A DNA stretch of 64,000 nucleotides from assembly GCA_963662655.2 (NCBI GenBank), contig CAXXTU010000002.1:64001-128000 (forward strand), written 5' to 3'. Positions 16,967 through 26,644 of the stretch are shown one piece after another. The notes beneath the pieces are model-generated. The model saw nothing but the letters and a program-made list of their open reading frames with translations, made no database searches and was not told the DNA's origin. Every line of letters begins with the position of its first letter. The stretch's first letter is position 1. The stretch comes from Candidatus Cloacimonadales bacterium (GTDB lineage: Bacteria; Cloacimonadota; Cloacimonadia; Cloacimonadales; JAIOQZ01). The translations under genes and the position numbers were made by a program.

Positions 16967-19957
16967 ATGATGAAGTTATTTTGGATCGTATTGCTTGCCA
17001 TCCTGGCGACGTTTATGTTCGCGCAGAACTCAGAGTGGGTTACATGGCAGGAGAACGGTATCCCTGTAAGACAGGGAGAAAATATCGAGTGGTCTCGTGC
17101 AGCCGCCGCGCTCACGAACGGAACCGTAGTTTACACATGGTCGGACACCAAGCGTGGTGATCGCGACCTCTGGGCTCAACTTGTCGACGCTGACGGCAAC
17201 AAGGTTTGGGGCGATAATCCCGTGTTGGTCGACGGAAAGATCGATCGCCAGGAAGACCCGGTTGTTATCGGAACTTCCGACGGTGGGATCATCATTGCCT
17301 GGGTTGAATTCAACGAACAGCCTGTCTACGGCGATATTTTCATGCAGAAGTTAAGTGTTGAAGGCGAACTATTGTGGCAGGAAGGCGGCGTTCCTCTCTG
17401 TACGGCTCCGAATGTTCAGATCAGTCTGAACATCGTTGCGGATCAGAGTGGTGGCGCGTACATCATCTGGATCGATAGCCGCGCCGCCGGTGGTAAAGAT
17501 ATTTATGGCGCGCATGTTAACGCCGATGGTGAGGACATCTGGGGCGAAAACGGGATCGCGCTTACCAATGAAACGGGCGAACCGGTTACCCATACCTTCT
17601 GGGAAGACGGTCAGGGCGGAGCCGTTCTGGCTTACGTGAATGACAATGGCGGCAAGGACATCCTGGCAAAGAGGATTCTATCCGATGGAACCATCGACTG
17701 GTCCGTAACGCTTTCTGACGCCGTTCAGGATCAGATTGATGTCAAGATGTGCCAGATGAGCGCGACAACATACGGATTCGCATGGTGCGACCGTCGTATC
17801 GAAAATGATGGCGATATCTTCGCGCAGAGCGTTGATGTCAATGGCAACCTGCTTTGGAGCAACAGCCATGTCGTTTATCAGGGAACGAGCGTACAGGAAA
17901 ACCCGCGCGTTACCTCCGCCGTTGACGGAACAATGATCGTGACCTGGGAAGATAAGCGAAATGAAGGCGATAAAACCGATATCTACGCGCAGAAACTCGA
18001 CGCGAGCGGCAACCTCCTCTGGGATACCAACGGTCTGTTGATCTGCGACGCAGAAGAAAACCAGCTCAATCCTCGTCTGCGTCCAGATGATGACGGCGGT
18101 TGCTACATCGTTTGGGACGACGAACGGTTTGGCGGACATAATTACGAAGATATTTATATTCAGCATGTTGTAAACGATGGCTCAGTTGAATGGGCAAGTA
18201 ACGGCATTCCAGTATGTAGCGCAGCGCTGGAACAATACAGCCCGCTTATCAACTCAGCCGGCGACAACTACTTCATCTGCTGGGGCGACCGTCGCGACGG
18301 ATCAATTGGTTTGTATTACCAGGTTATGGATAGCGACGGCGATTTCCTTCTTCAGGACAACGGCGTCATGTTCTACTGGGGACTTGAAGGCGATGCCTCG
18401 GAAATTATCGCTATCGAGCAAAACGACAACACCGTCGTTGTTTGGAATGACGCCCGTTATGGCGTTATCGGCGAAAGAGCGTTCATGCAGATGATCTCGC
18501 CGGATGGCCAGATGTTGTTTCAGGACAACGGCATCAGCTTCACTGAGGATCTGGAGACAGACAATGTCAATCAGGCGTCTATCGACATCGTCGATTACCA
18601 CGATGGCGGCGTTGTTGCTGTATGGGAGCAGGAAGATGTCGCTTTCCTGCGTGCACATGCCCAAGCAATGGATGATGAAGGCAACAGGCTTTGGGGACCC
18701 AATGGTATTGAAATTAGCTCCGCGACACTCTCGCAAAGGAATCCGCACATAGGACGTATCGGATCGGAGTACTATATTGCCTGGTCAAACCTCGTATTTG
18801 ATTCGGAAAATTTTATACACGTATACGCGCTTTACATTCAGAAGATTGTCGATGGAGTACGCCAGTGGGGGGATGAAGGTATTCAATTCCTTATGAACGG
18901 TGTGGATTGTACCGTGGATTGTGTATACGAAGACTATATCCTTTACCACGACCTCGATGATGCTTACATCATTCGCATCGATAGCGATGGCAACCCCGCA
19001 GCGGGATGGCCGACGGAAGGGCTGACATTATGCAATGTCGAAGGTATCCAGAAGAACCTCAAAGCTGAAATGACGAATGACGGACTCCTGGTGATCTGGG
19101 AAGACTTCCGCCACGAATCGTCTTCGATTTACGGGCAGCTTGTTTCCCCCGATGGAACGATCCAGTGGGCGGAAAACGGCATCCCGATCGCAGATTACGA
19201 AAATGCGCAGTACCAGTTTGAACTCTCTACTAACGGCGATGACTATTACTTCATCTGGTCGGATTTCCGTTTGGGAAACGATGAGGATGTCGCGATGCAG
19301 AAAATGGATCCGGCTGGAGACATCGAATGGGGCAACGATGCGCTCTGGATCGCGCAGCAGGACTCGGCGCAGGCTAATCCGGCAGTTCTCGCTTACGACG
19401 ACTATGTAATGATTGCATGGGAAGACTGGAGCGTGATGGACAACGACCTGTGTATGCACAACCTCAAGGCGGACGGAACCGCAAACTGGAGTTCGTACAA
19501 AACCCTTTGCGATGCGATCAAGTGGCAGGAATCACCTCAGATCGTTCCGTCAGGGCCCGGACACACGACGGTTGTCTGGAGCGACCTTCGATCCAGCGGT
19601 AAGTCGTATGTGTACGGCATCTACGCGCAGCGTGTTAACAACAACTACCACGGAATCAGCGATGATAGCGCTCCACCGGCTGCTGCGAAGCTCGGGCAAA
19701 ACTTCCCGAATCCTTTCAACCCTGAGACCACGATCGAATTTTCGATTCTGAACAAGGGCAATGTGGAGCTCGGCGTTTACAACATCCGCGGGCAGAAGGT
19801 CAAAACGCTGGTGAACGAAAGCTTCACTGCCGGAACGCACAAGGTTGTGTGGGATGGCAAGGACGAAAGAAACGAAGGTGTATCCAGCGGTATCTATTTC
19901 TACCGGCTCAACGCAGGCGGAAAGGAACTGACCCGCAAAATGGTCTTGATTAAATAG
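16967..19957 (+). CDS. Secreted repeat (beta-propeller-like) protein with FlgD-Ig/T9SS-like C-terminal domain
   Basis: Signal peptide; many ~50-aa repeats DI(Y/F)AQ..D..G..LW...G...C.A...Q..P......GG..I.W.D.R; C-terminal QNFPNPFNPET...YNIRGQ...SGIYFYRL...KMVLIK. Confidence 0.9.
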   Translation: MMKLFWIVLLAILATFMFAQNSEWVTWQENGIPVRQGENIEWSRAAAALTNGTVVYTWSDTKRGDRDLWAQLVDADGNKVWGDNPVLVDGKIDRQEDPVVIGTSDGGIIIAWVEFNEQPVYGDIFMQKLSVEGELLWQEGGVPLCTAPNVQISLNIVADQSGGAYIIWIDSRAAGGKDIYGAHVNADGEDIWGENGIALTNETGEPVTHTFWEDGQGGAVLAYVNDNGGKDILAKRILSDGTIDWSVTLSDAVQDQIDVKMCQMSATTYGFAWCDRRIENDGDIFAQSVDVNGNLLWSNSHVVYQGTSVQENPRVTSAVDGTMIVTWEDKRNEGDKTDIYAQKLDASGNLLWDTNGLLICDAEENQLNPRLRPDDDGGCYIVWDDERFGGHNYEDIYIQHVVNDGSVEWASNGIPVCSAALEQYSPLINSAGDNYFICWGDRRDGSIGLYYQVMDSDGDFLLQDNGVMFYWGLEGDASEIIAIEQNDNTVVVWNDARYGVIGERAFMQMISPDGQMLFQDNGISFTEDLETDNVNQASIDIVDYHDGGVVAVWEQEDVAFLRAHAQAMDDEGNRLWGPNGIEISSATLSQRNPHIGRIGSEYYIAWSNLVFDSENFIHVYALYIQKIVDGVRQWGDEGIQFLMNGVDCTVDCVYEDYILYHDLDDAYIIRIDSDGNPAAGWPTEGLTLCNVEGIQKNLKAEMTNDGLLVIWEDFRHESSSIYGQLVSPDGTIQWAENGIPIADYENAQYQFELSTNGDDYYFIWSDFRLGNDEDVAMQKMDPAGDIEWGNDALWIAQQDSAQANPAVLAYDDYVMIAWEDWSVMDNDLCMHNLKADGTANWSSYKTLCDAIKWQESPQIVPSGPGHTTVVWSDLRSSGKSYVYGIYAQRVNNNYHGISDDSAPPAAAKLGQNFPNPFNPETTIEFSILNKGNVELGVYNIRGQKVKTLVNESFTAGTHKVVWDGKDERNEGVSSGIYFYRLNAGGKELTRKMVLIK

Positions 19958-20149
19958 ACGCACCCGGTAAATACTTTGATTCTCCGGCGGAGTTGTATCC
20001 GTCGGAGAATCGTGACAATATGGTTTCCGCTTCTCAGGATATCTCCAAACGGGGTTGTTCGGGGCGGAAGTTGCTCTCAGGAAAGGTTTTAGGATCGATG
20101 TTAAGCATGGAAAGCCGATCGATCGAAAACCGTATTAGAGGAGGATCTC

Positions 20150-22453
20150 ATGAAACGCATCTTGACGATGGCGATCATATTCATCACCCTTCAACTCGTT
20201 GCTCAAACGAATATGCCGAGCTACTGGCATACCAATGAGGAAATCAACGAACAACTGATCGCTTGGGCCGATGCCTATCCTGAAATTACACACCTGGAAA
20301 TTATTGGATATTCGAGGCCTTCATCATACATGGAAGCAAAACCGATCTACGCTATGAAGATTTCGGACAATGCCGATGTCGATGAAGACGAACCGGCTGT
20401 ATTTTTTGTGGGCCAGTGCCACGCTGAAGAAGTTACGGGAATTGAAATTGTTCTATTTTATATGAATCTGCTGCTGGAGCACAACACAACAAATCCATAC
20501 AGAATGTTTATCGAGAATCTCGAAATATGGTTCGTTCCCACGATCAACCCTTCGGGGCTTGAAGTTGTAATGAACATGAACGACGACTCATTCCGGAAAA
20601 CGGTAAGAGATAACAACGAGGATGGAATCTTCGATTACATTCCCAATCCCGGAAATGATATCGACGGTGTCGATCCGAACCGTAACTACGATTTCGGTTG
20701 GGTGCACGGCGATACTCTTTACAGTATCAACGGTGACGAGCTCTACGATTACTACCGTGGGCCGTACCCCTTCTCGGAAGGCGGAACTACCGCGATCAAG
20801 GATTTGGGTGACCGGCAGCACTTCATCTACGGTATCAATTATCATGACTCACGCACGGGCAATTTCTCGGAAAAAGTGTTTTACCCGTGGGAGTTCAAGG
20901 GACTCTCAAACCGCAGGAATCCGGACTACCTCATTTGCAAGCAGATTGGGGACAACGTAGCCGGATCAATTGTGAAATCCGCGGGTATCGGAACCTACGA
21001 GCCGTCGGCATCCCAGGGAAGAATCGGGAAGTCGACGCAGTGGTTCTACGCCGAATACGGCACGATCCAGCTTACGATCGAAGTGGCTTACAATCAACCT
21101 GATTCATCCAACATGCACGATACGATTGTGAAGAACGTTCCCGGCATCAACTGGATGCTCAAAAGAACGATGAGCGCGATCATCGATATCTGCCCAATGC
21201 TGACAGGCCATGTCTACGACGCGGTAACCGGGGAACCGATCGTCGCCGAGGTGATCATAGAAGAACGTCAATCGAAGTACTTCACCCCACGCAAGACCGA
21301 TGAATTGTACGGACGTTTCTGGAGGCCGCTCACTCAGGGAACGTACACGTTGACTGTCCAGAAAAACGGTTATGAGACATACTCGCAGTCGGTTGTGGTG
21401 AATCCCACAAGCTGGACAACGCGCGATGTCTACCTCCAACCGCTGGATGAAGTGACATTCAACGGCACGATGTCATCCAACGGGCAGCCGGTTGACGGCG
21501 AGATCATTGTACGCGATGTCGAGGATCAGACCTTCGATGTCGTGGATGGGAACTTCACGATCAATTCCTGGGCCGGCAGCCATGAAGTGATCTTCCGCGC
21601 CGATGGCTACATGACGTGCGTCGACACCTACGATTTCCAGCCGGGAACGCATGGACTCACGATCGAGCTTTCGGATGGCAACGTCCTTTTCTCCGAAGAT
21701 TTCAACGACGCGGAAGCGTTGAGCATGGATGTCGATGGTCCATGGCAGATCATCGATGAATTATCGAATGAGGGAAGCGCGATTACCGATAGCTGGGGCG
21801 GATATGGATTCTATGAGGCGAACTGCGACGTCAACATCGCCACACACGAACCGGTAGCGCTCGACAACTACGAACACTACAATCTCGAATTCATGCAGCA
21901 CCTCTACACCGAACCCGATTGGGATTTCGCCCATGTCGAAGTTTCAAGCGATCAGGAGACCTGGACGGAGATATGGAGAGACACGGGCAAGAAAGACTGG
22001 TGGAGCCGCGTTATCATCCCCCTGGATGAGTATGCCGGACAAACCCTGTATTTCCGCTTCCGCCTTACGGCTGATTCACCGGACCCCGTTCTGGTCGATC
22101 CGGGCTGGACGATCGACGATCTTACGATCACCGGCGGCAACTACATGGTTACCGATGTCGATCCGTCCGAGGTTGTGCCTTTCAAGGTTGTGAGGCTGAA
22201 ACCGAACTATCCCAACCCGTTCAACCCGAAAACCGTGTTCGCCTACTCGGTGCCTTCCTCGGCGAAGACCGCAGAAATCAACGTGTTCAATATCCGTGGT
22301 CAGCGCGTGGAAAAAATCACGCTGAACAAAGAGGATATGGAACGTGGCAAGATATTCTGGGACGCGACCGGTCAGGCGAGCGGCGTCTATTTCTATCGAT
22401 TGACCGTTGATGGAGAGAACACGAAGACACGAAAAGCATGTTTAATTAAATAG
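20150..22453 (+). CDS. M14 family zinc carboxypeptidase with C-terminal sorting-like domain
   Basis: HAEE (HxxE), GVDPNRNY, NYH and TIEV catalytic motifs; carboxypeptidase-regulatory domain; NYPNPFNP CTD. Confidence 0.92.
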   Translation: MKRILTMAIIFITLQLVAQTNMPSYWHTNEEINEQLIAWADAYPEITHLEIIGYSRPSSYMEAKPIYAMKISDNADVDEDEPAVFFVGQCHAEEVTGIEIVLFYMNLLLEHNTTNPYRMFIENLEIWFVPTINPSGLEVVMNMNDDSFRKTVRDNNEDGIFDYIPNPGNDIDGVDPNRNYDFGWVHGDTLYSINGDELYDYYRGPYPFSEGGTTAIKDLGDRQHFIYGINYHDSRTGNFSEKVFYPWEFKGLSNRRNPDYLICKQIGDNVAGSIVKSAGIGTYEPSASQGRIGKSTQWFYAEYGTIQLTIEVAYNQPDSSNMHDTIVKNVPGINWMLKRTMSAIIDICPMLTGHVYDAVTGEPIVAEVIIEERQSKYFTPRKTDELYGRFWRPLTQGTYTLTVQKNGYETYSQSVVVNPTSWTTRDVYLQPLDEVTFNGTMSSNGQPVDGEIIVRDVEDQTFDVVDGNFTINSWAGSHEVIFRADGYMTCVDTYDFQPGTHGLTIELSDGNVLFSEDFNDAEALSMDVDGPWQIIDELSNEGSAITDSWGGYGFYEANCDVNIATHEPVALDNYEHYNLEFMQHLYTEPDWDFAHVEVSSDQETWTEIWRDTGKKDWWSRVIIPLDEYAGQTLYFRFRLTADSPDPVLVDPGWTIDDLTITGGNYMVTDVDPSEVVPFKVVRLKPNYPNPFNPKTVFAYSVPSSAKTAEINVFNIRGQRVEKITLNKEDMERGKIFWDATGQASGVYFYRLTVDGENTKTRKACLIK

Positions 22454-22467
22454 ATAACGGAGGAATT

Positions 22468-25400
22468 ATGAAGAAAACCCCCATCCTGCTGCTTCTAATC
22501 GTAGTATCCGGGCTGCTGTTCGCGGCTCCAGCTCTCGATATCGTCGAGAGTGCAGGAACTGTTCAGGTAAGTTGCAGCTATCAGCAGGAAGAAAGCGTAA
22601 ACCGCTTTGCGCAGCAAACGTTTGCCATTCCGGCTCAAAGCGTCTCGGTTGAAATCCAGTCCATGCGGATTGGACTCTACAATGCGGAAGGCGAACGAGT
22701 TAATCAATATGAACAAATCCAGCCTGAGCGTGTTGCTGTCGCCAAGCAGTTCACGCTGAGAGAAATGCGCGGTTTTACCGTGCGTATTGAAACTTCACGG
22801 GACGAAAACGGTCTTGAAAGTCGCATCGACGACCTGGAATATTCTCTGATATCCAACGGGACATTTACGTATCCTCAGAACGTATCCGAGGCTTATGTCC
22901 CCATTTACAAACAGATGGCAGCGAACTACGAAACCTCGTATCTTCGCCACATGTCGTATCAAAGACCGTCCATGCTTATCATCAGTCACTCGACGATAAC
23001 GCCGAGTATCCAGAACTTCGTGACCTGGAAGAGGTCATTAGGATTTGAAGTTACCATCGAAGACATCGAGAATATCTCCACCAACGCGAACGATATTCGC
23101 GCCTGGATTGCGGATTTCTATAACAACGCCGAGAACCGCCCGGAGTACCTGATCGTGATCGGCGATGTTGTCGGGAGCCTTAGTTGCCCGACTTTCTACA
23201 CTTCTTTGGACAACAATGTTACTGACTTACCTTATACGTTGATCGAGGGAGACGATTTCCTTCCCGAGATGATCGTTGGCCGTGTTTCGATCAATGTTCT
23301 CGATCATGCGCTCAGCATATTTTCGAAGACCATCAAGTATGAAAGAACGCCCTACATGGCCGATACCGCGTGGTTCAACAGAGCGCTGGTTGTCGCCGGT
23401 AACTACGGCCAGCCAATCGTGCCCGTTACACCGGTTTTGATGTCGAAATGGCTCCGGGATCAATTTGTGAATCATGGGTACACGACCGTCGATACGTTGT
23501 TCTACCCGCCGGTTTCGAACGGCGCGCCTTATATAACCCCAATCCTCAACGCTGGCGCTCAGTTTGTCAGTTATCGCGGATGGGGAGCCGAGAACGGCTG
23601 GCATTATCCCCGGTACCACTCGGATGACCTTGCATCGGTAACAAGCGGCGAGAAGATGCACGTTGTATCTTCTGTTGTTTGCGGAACGGGGGACTTCGGC
23701 GACACGGTTGACGGAAACGCATGCTTCGGCGAGCAATGGATGCGCATGGGTTCCGCAAGCGCTCCCAATGGAGCCGTGGCGTTCTTCGGCCCTTCGTATC
23801 TGCACACAAGTACGGAACCGAACAACGCGGTTTCTTCCGGATTCTATCAGGGTGTCTTGGAAGAGGGGATCCATTCCTTCGGAACTGCGGTTCTTCGCGG
23901 AAAAACAGAACTTTACAACAACTATCCCAACGATAACGAGCAGGGTGGGGTAACGGAATTCTACTACCATATCTACAACATTCTGTCTGATCCTTCTCTC
24001 AAAATGTGGAAGCAGGTTCCAGATACGCCGACGGCCGTTCTGCCTGCCCAGATCGAGAAGGGAACAAACTATCTCTCGCTCGATCTATCGGGATGGAACG
24101 GCGGGATCGTTACCGCATCGCGCGACATGGTGAACTTCTCCTTCGCTCGCGTGGATGCAGGTCACGCATTCCTGAACATCGACACGAGCGAGACGGGAAA
24201 TCTTCTGGTGACGATCTCTCGCGAGAATGCCGTGCCGGTTTACCAGTCAATTCCGATTGTTGCTTCCGACAATGTGGGTATCGTGGAGCATACGCTCAGC
24301 AACGTGTACTCGGGTATGACCGCCGGGCTCTCCATCACGGTTCAGAACTTCAACGATGCGGCGGTTAGCGATCTTACCGCCACGCTTACGTCCGATTCAC
24401 CGTATTTCATCAGCACGGACGATGTATGGAACTTTGGCTCGATTGCTGCTGGCGGAACAGCTACAGCGAACGGCACATTCGATATTTCTGTGGAATGTCC
24501 GTTCCATGAATTCATCGAGCTCACGGCTGAATTCTCCAATGGGGACGTGTCCAAGCTTGTCGCAGTAGCGGGTGCTTTGCTGTTTGAAGTCACGGCTTGC
24601 ACGCCAACCGGCGACGGTTTCCTCTCACCGGGAGAGACAACGGATATCACCATTCAGCTTACCAATATCAGTTCTTACGACGCCGTAGGCGTTACCGCGA
24701 ATGTCGTTTCTTCGACAGACGCAGTGACAGTGAACAGCGCCGAGATTACGTTTGGCGACATCGCTTCCGGCTCTACGGGTACCGCGACTCTCAACGTCGA
24801 GGCCGGCTCGAACGCATTTCTCGGCAGAAGCGTTCGTTTCCTCCTGAACATCGAGGATGAAGACGGTCGTGAGACGTACAACTACGCATATACGGAGATC
24901 GGCCCGGTCGATCAGTCGGCGCCCACGGGTCCCGACGCGTACGGGTATTACGCATACGACAACAACGATACCGGATATGACGTTCCTGCTCCAGTATACG
25001 AGTGGCACACGATCGATCCGAACGAAGGTGGCAACGGTACGGTGTTCCTCTGGACAGACGACGCCTCTGAAACCGTCGATCTTCCCTTCACATTCCGTTT
25101 CTACGGTCAGGACTTCGATGAAGTGACGATCTGCTCGAACGGATGGCTCTCCATGGGGAGAACCTGGATGGCGAATTTCCGTAACTGGAACATCCCCGCG
25201 GCGCTTGGTCCCGCAAACCTGATCGCCCCGTACTGGGACGACCTCAAGGGATTGGTTGTTGACGACGAACGCACCGTTAACGACATGCGAATCGTTTATT
25301 ACTACGATGAGGGCGCTAACGAGTTCATCGTTCAGTGGAACGACGCGTACAACCAGGAAAACAATACCTCGATCGAAAAGTTCGAGGTCGTTTTGATCCC

Positions 25401-25917
25401 GCGCGTAGATCACGACGGCGATATCGTTTTCAATTACCAGACGGTTGACAACCCGGATATCGATAGCAATTACAGTACTGTGGGTATTGAGAGCAATCAT
25501 CATGATTCTGGCGTTTGCTATTCATACGCAAATATCTATCCCGCAACCGCGTCGACGCTTGCGAACGGACTGGCAATCAAGTTCACTACGGACGCGCCCG
25601 ATGAGTACACTTCGGTCGATGACGGTACCGTCGCATACAGCGATGTCGTTCTTCAACAGAACTACCCGAATCCGTTCAATCCTGTGACGACCATCGAGTT
25701 CGCTCTGCCGAACGAGATGGATGTTGCGCTAGAAGTATACAATGTACGTGGTCAGAAAGTGAAAACCCTTGTGGCTCAGTACATGGAATCCGGAAAGCAC
25801 GAAGTTACGTGGTTCGGAAAAGACGACAATAACCGCGACGTCAGTTCAGGCTTGTATTTCTACAAGCTCACAACTGGCGACAAGGTGAATGTCAGGAAGA
25901 TGCTTCTTCTAAAATAA
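22468..25917 (+). CDS. C25 (gingipain-like) cysteine peptidase family protein with C-terminal sorting-like domain
   Basis: YLIVIGD, D.PY....G.D..PE..VGR.S, VVCGTGDF, CFGE.W.R...GAVAF and YNILSDPSL motifs; NYPNPFNP CTD. Confidence 0.9.
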   Translation: MKKTPILLLLIVVSGLLFAAPALDIVESAGTVQVSCSYQQEESVNRFAQQTFAIPAQSVSVEIQSMRIGLYNAEGERVNQYEQIQPERVAVAKQFTLREMRGFTVRIETSRDENGLESRIDDLEYSLISNGTFTYPQNVSEAYVPIYKQMAANYETSYLRHMSYQRPSMLIISHSTITPSIQNFVTWKRSLGFEVTIEDIENISTNANDIRAWIADFYNNAENRPEYLIVIGDVVGSLSCPTFYTSLDNNVTDLPYTLIEGDDFLPEMIVGRVSINVLDHALSIFSKTIKYERTPYMADTAWFNRALVVAGNYGQPIVPVTPVLMSKWLRDQFVNHGYTTVDTLFYPPVSNGAPYITPILNAGAQFVSYRGWGAENGWHYPRYHSDDLASVTSGEKMHVVSSVVCGTGDFGDTVDGNACFGEQWMRMGSASAPNGAVAFFGPSYLHTSTEPNNAVSSGFYQGVLEEGIHSFGTAVLRGKTELYNNYPNDNEQGGVTEFYYHIYNILSDPSLKMWKQVPDTPTAVLPAQIEKGTNYLSLDLSGWNGGIVTASRDMVNFSFARVDAGHAFLNIDTSETGNLLVTISRENAVPVYQSIPIVASDNVGIVEHTLSNVYSGMTAGLSITVQNFNDAAVSDLTATLTSDSPYFISTDDVWNFGSIAAGGTATANGTFDISVECPFHEFIELTAEFSNGDVSKLVAVAGALLFEVTACTPTGDGFLSPGETTDITIQLTNISSYDAVGVTANVVSSTDAVTVNSAEITFGDIASGSTGTATLNVEAGSNAFLGRSVRFLLNIEDEDGRETYNYAYTEIGPVDQSAPTGPDAYGYYAYDNNDTGYDVPAPVYEWHTIDPNEGGNGTVFLWTDDASETVDLPFTFRFYGQDFDEVTICSNGWLSMGRTWMANFRNWNIPAALGPANLIAPYWDDLKGLVVDDERTVNDMRIVYYYDEGANEFIVQWNDAYNQENNTSIEKFEVVLIPRVDHDGDIVFNYQTVDNPDIDSNYSTVGIESNHHDSGVCYSYANIYPATASTLANGLAIKFTTDAPDEYTSVDDGTVAYSDVVLQQNYPNPFNPVTTIEFALPNEMDVALEVYNVRGQKVKTLVAQYMESGKHEVTWFGKDDNNRDVSSGLYFYKLTTGDKVNVRKMLLLK

Positions 25918-25941
25918 GCAAAATCCATAATTCAATAAATG

Positions 25942-25972
25942 AAAGGGAGTCCGAAGCCGGACTCCCTTTTTT
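25942..25972 (+). terminator. Intrinsic terminator of the secreted-protein cluster
   Basis: AAAGGGAGTCCG-AAGC-CGGACTCCCTTT hairpin followed by a T-tract. Confidence 0.85.
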
Positions 25973-25999
25973 ATGCGCCGATCGCGAGGAAAAGACCGC

Positions 26000-26222
26000 G
26001 AGGTGTGAGTAGATTTGTTCGAAATGCTTTCCAGCGTGGTGTTACACATCCTTTTTCAAGGCTCGATAGTCAGGAGGATGTGTTATATCCACGCTGGAAA
26101 GCATTTCGGGCGAAGATGCCACACCGGTAAGCAAACATGAAAAGCATCCGATGAGCATTCCTTCTGGCAGCCGGTGCACCTTCGCTCCATCCGCCGCTTC
26201 ACCCTATAACAACACACCTTCG
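26000..26222. other. Unexplained long intergenic hairpin structure
   Basis: Perfect 20-bp IR 26020-26039/26089-26108, inner 9-bp stem 26044-26052/26075-26083, and outer 7-bp pairing 26001-26007/26213-26219. Confidence 0.6.
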
Positions 26223-26371
26223 TCACATTTTTCTCAATTTCAATTGAGAAAAATGTGACTTCGGAGTGTATATAATAGGGTTACGCGGGGATGAAACGAA
26301 TCTGCTACCGGCGGGTGTGATGATTTTGGGAAGTATCGCTTGACGTGAAAGCGGGTGTATAAAAAAGTGCG

Positions 26372-26555
26372 AAAGATTACGGTTCGTCTTAGCGACGCCA
26401 AGATGGAATCCCCGTGAAATTCGGGAGCAGCCCCCGCTCCTGTGAGAAGTAACGAAAGCTCTACGAATGTCACTGACCGAAGGTTGGGAAGGCAGAGCGA
26501 GTAGGCAACCCGAGAGGGTGAAAGCTTCGAGCCAGGAAACATGCCGCAATCAATA
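26372..26555 (+). ncRNA. Cobalamin riboswitch
   Basis: Conserved elements in order: GGAATccccGTGAAATTcggga, GCAGCCCCCGCTCCTGT, CACTG...GGGAAGG and B12 box GAGCCAGGAAACATGCC; P1 GATTACGG/CCGCAATC. Confidence 0.92.
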
Positions 26556-26623
26556 TCCAATCACTTTCGGAGGGAGAGCAAGGTTGGAAAATGCACGCGT
26601 ATTGTGGCATTTCCCTTACGAAC

Positions 26624-26640
26624 CCTCCTCATTGAGGAGG
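26624..26640 (+). promoter_or_regulatory. RBS-sequestering hairpin (riboswitch expression platform)
   Basis: CCTCCTC-ATT-GAGGAGG buries the Shine-Dalgarno sequence 4 nt before ATG 26645; an alternative pairing with GGAGGG at about 26569 exists. Confidence 0.75.
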
Positions 26641-26644
26641 AAAG

